From Octopus bimaculoides (lineage: Eukaryota), in the NCBI RefSeq assembly GCF_001194135.2, contig NC_068986.1, positions 29,999,670 through 30,063,669 of the forward strand: 64,000 nucleotides of DNA, in the 5' to 3' direction. Both the position numbers and the translations under genes were made by a program. Positions within the stretch are counted from its first letter, which is position 1. Each line of letters starts with the position of its first letter. Positions 63,734 to 64,000 of the stretch are shown here, piece after piece. The notes under the pieces are model-generated. The model had not been told where the DNA came from and did no database searches. It saw only the letters and a program-made list of their open reading frames with translations.

Positions 63734-64000
63734 GATCTGGACGGATGCTAGTCACATCGGCTCGCAAGTAAGTTGGCCTTTTATATGTCAAAACTTTTGC
63801 AGTTTTAAAATATTTTTTGTGGAAGAGGTGTATAAGTCTATACACTTCGACCCTATTGGGTTTTTGTAATAGGAAGTGGCTCCTTCTGGAGTTTATTTCC
63901 AAAAGTTTTTGATTTTTCTCCGGCTTATTTGCCATATTTCGTAAAAGAAATATGGCTAGGCCTTCACACGTGGTCGATTTGCCTCTAACAGCAGGCAAGG
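63734..64000 (+). mobile_element. Candidate 5' end of a LINE (Tx1-like?), running off the window
   Basis: CpG-retaining segment starting right after (ATCT)n at 63706-63733; several hairpins; ATG at 63952 opens MARPSHVVDLPLTAGK.. to the window edge. Confidence 0.35.

Overview
AT-rich eukaryotic genomic DNA from a gapped draft assembly (10 N runs). It is very dense in microsatellites and retroelements. The repeat families and composition look like an octopus (coleoid cephalopod) genome; this is inference from remembered repeat families, not a database result. No intact protein-coding gene, rRNA, true tRNA or CRISPR array is supported, so the window looks intronic or intergenic. Nearly all ORFs in the supplied track are microsatellite, N-gap or repeat artefacts. 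Supported content: four tRNA-headed SINE families (my working labels A, B, D, E); a GAT-tailed RTE 3' end (label C); decayed RT fragments of RTE, CR1-like and Tx1/L1-like LINEs; hAT- and mariner-type MITEs; one 467-bp foldback element with ~128-bp TIRs; two minisatellites; and a few CpG-retaining unique segments that may be promoter or exon sequence. The best leads are: (1) a Tx1-like LINE that appears to target (TATC)n/(GATA)n microsatellites, with a 3' piece at 40 kb and a possible hairpin-rich 5' end at 63.7 kb; (2) head-to-tail SINE arrays and SINE-in-SINE insertions with clear TSDs; (3) a hammerhead-shaped motif lacking GAAA; (4) the long-TIR foldback element with a CTCF-like core.
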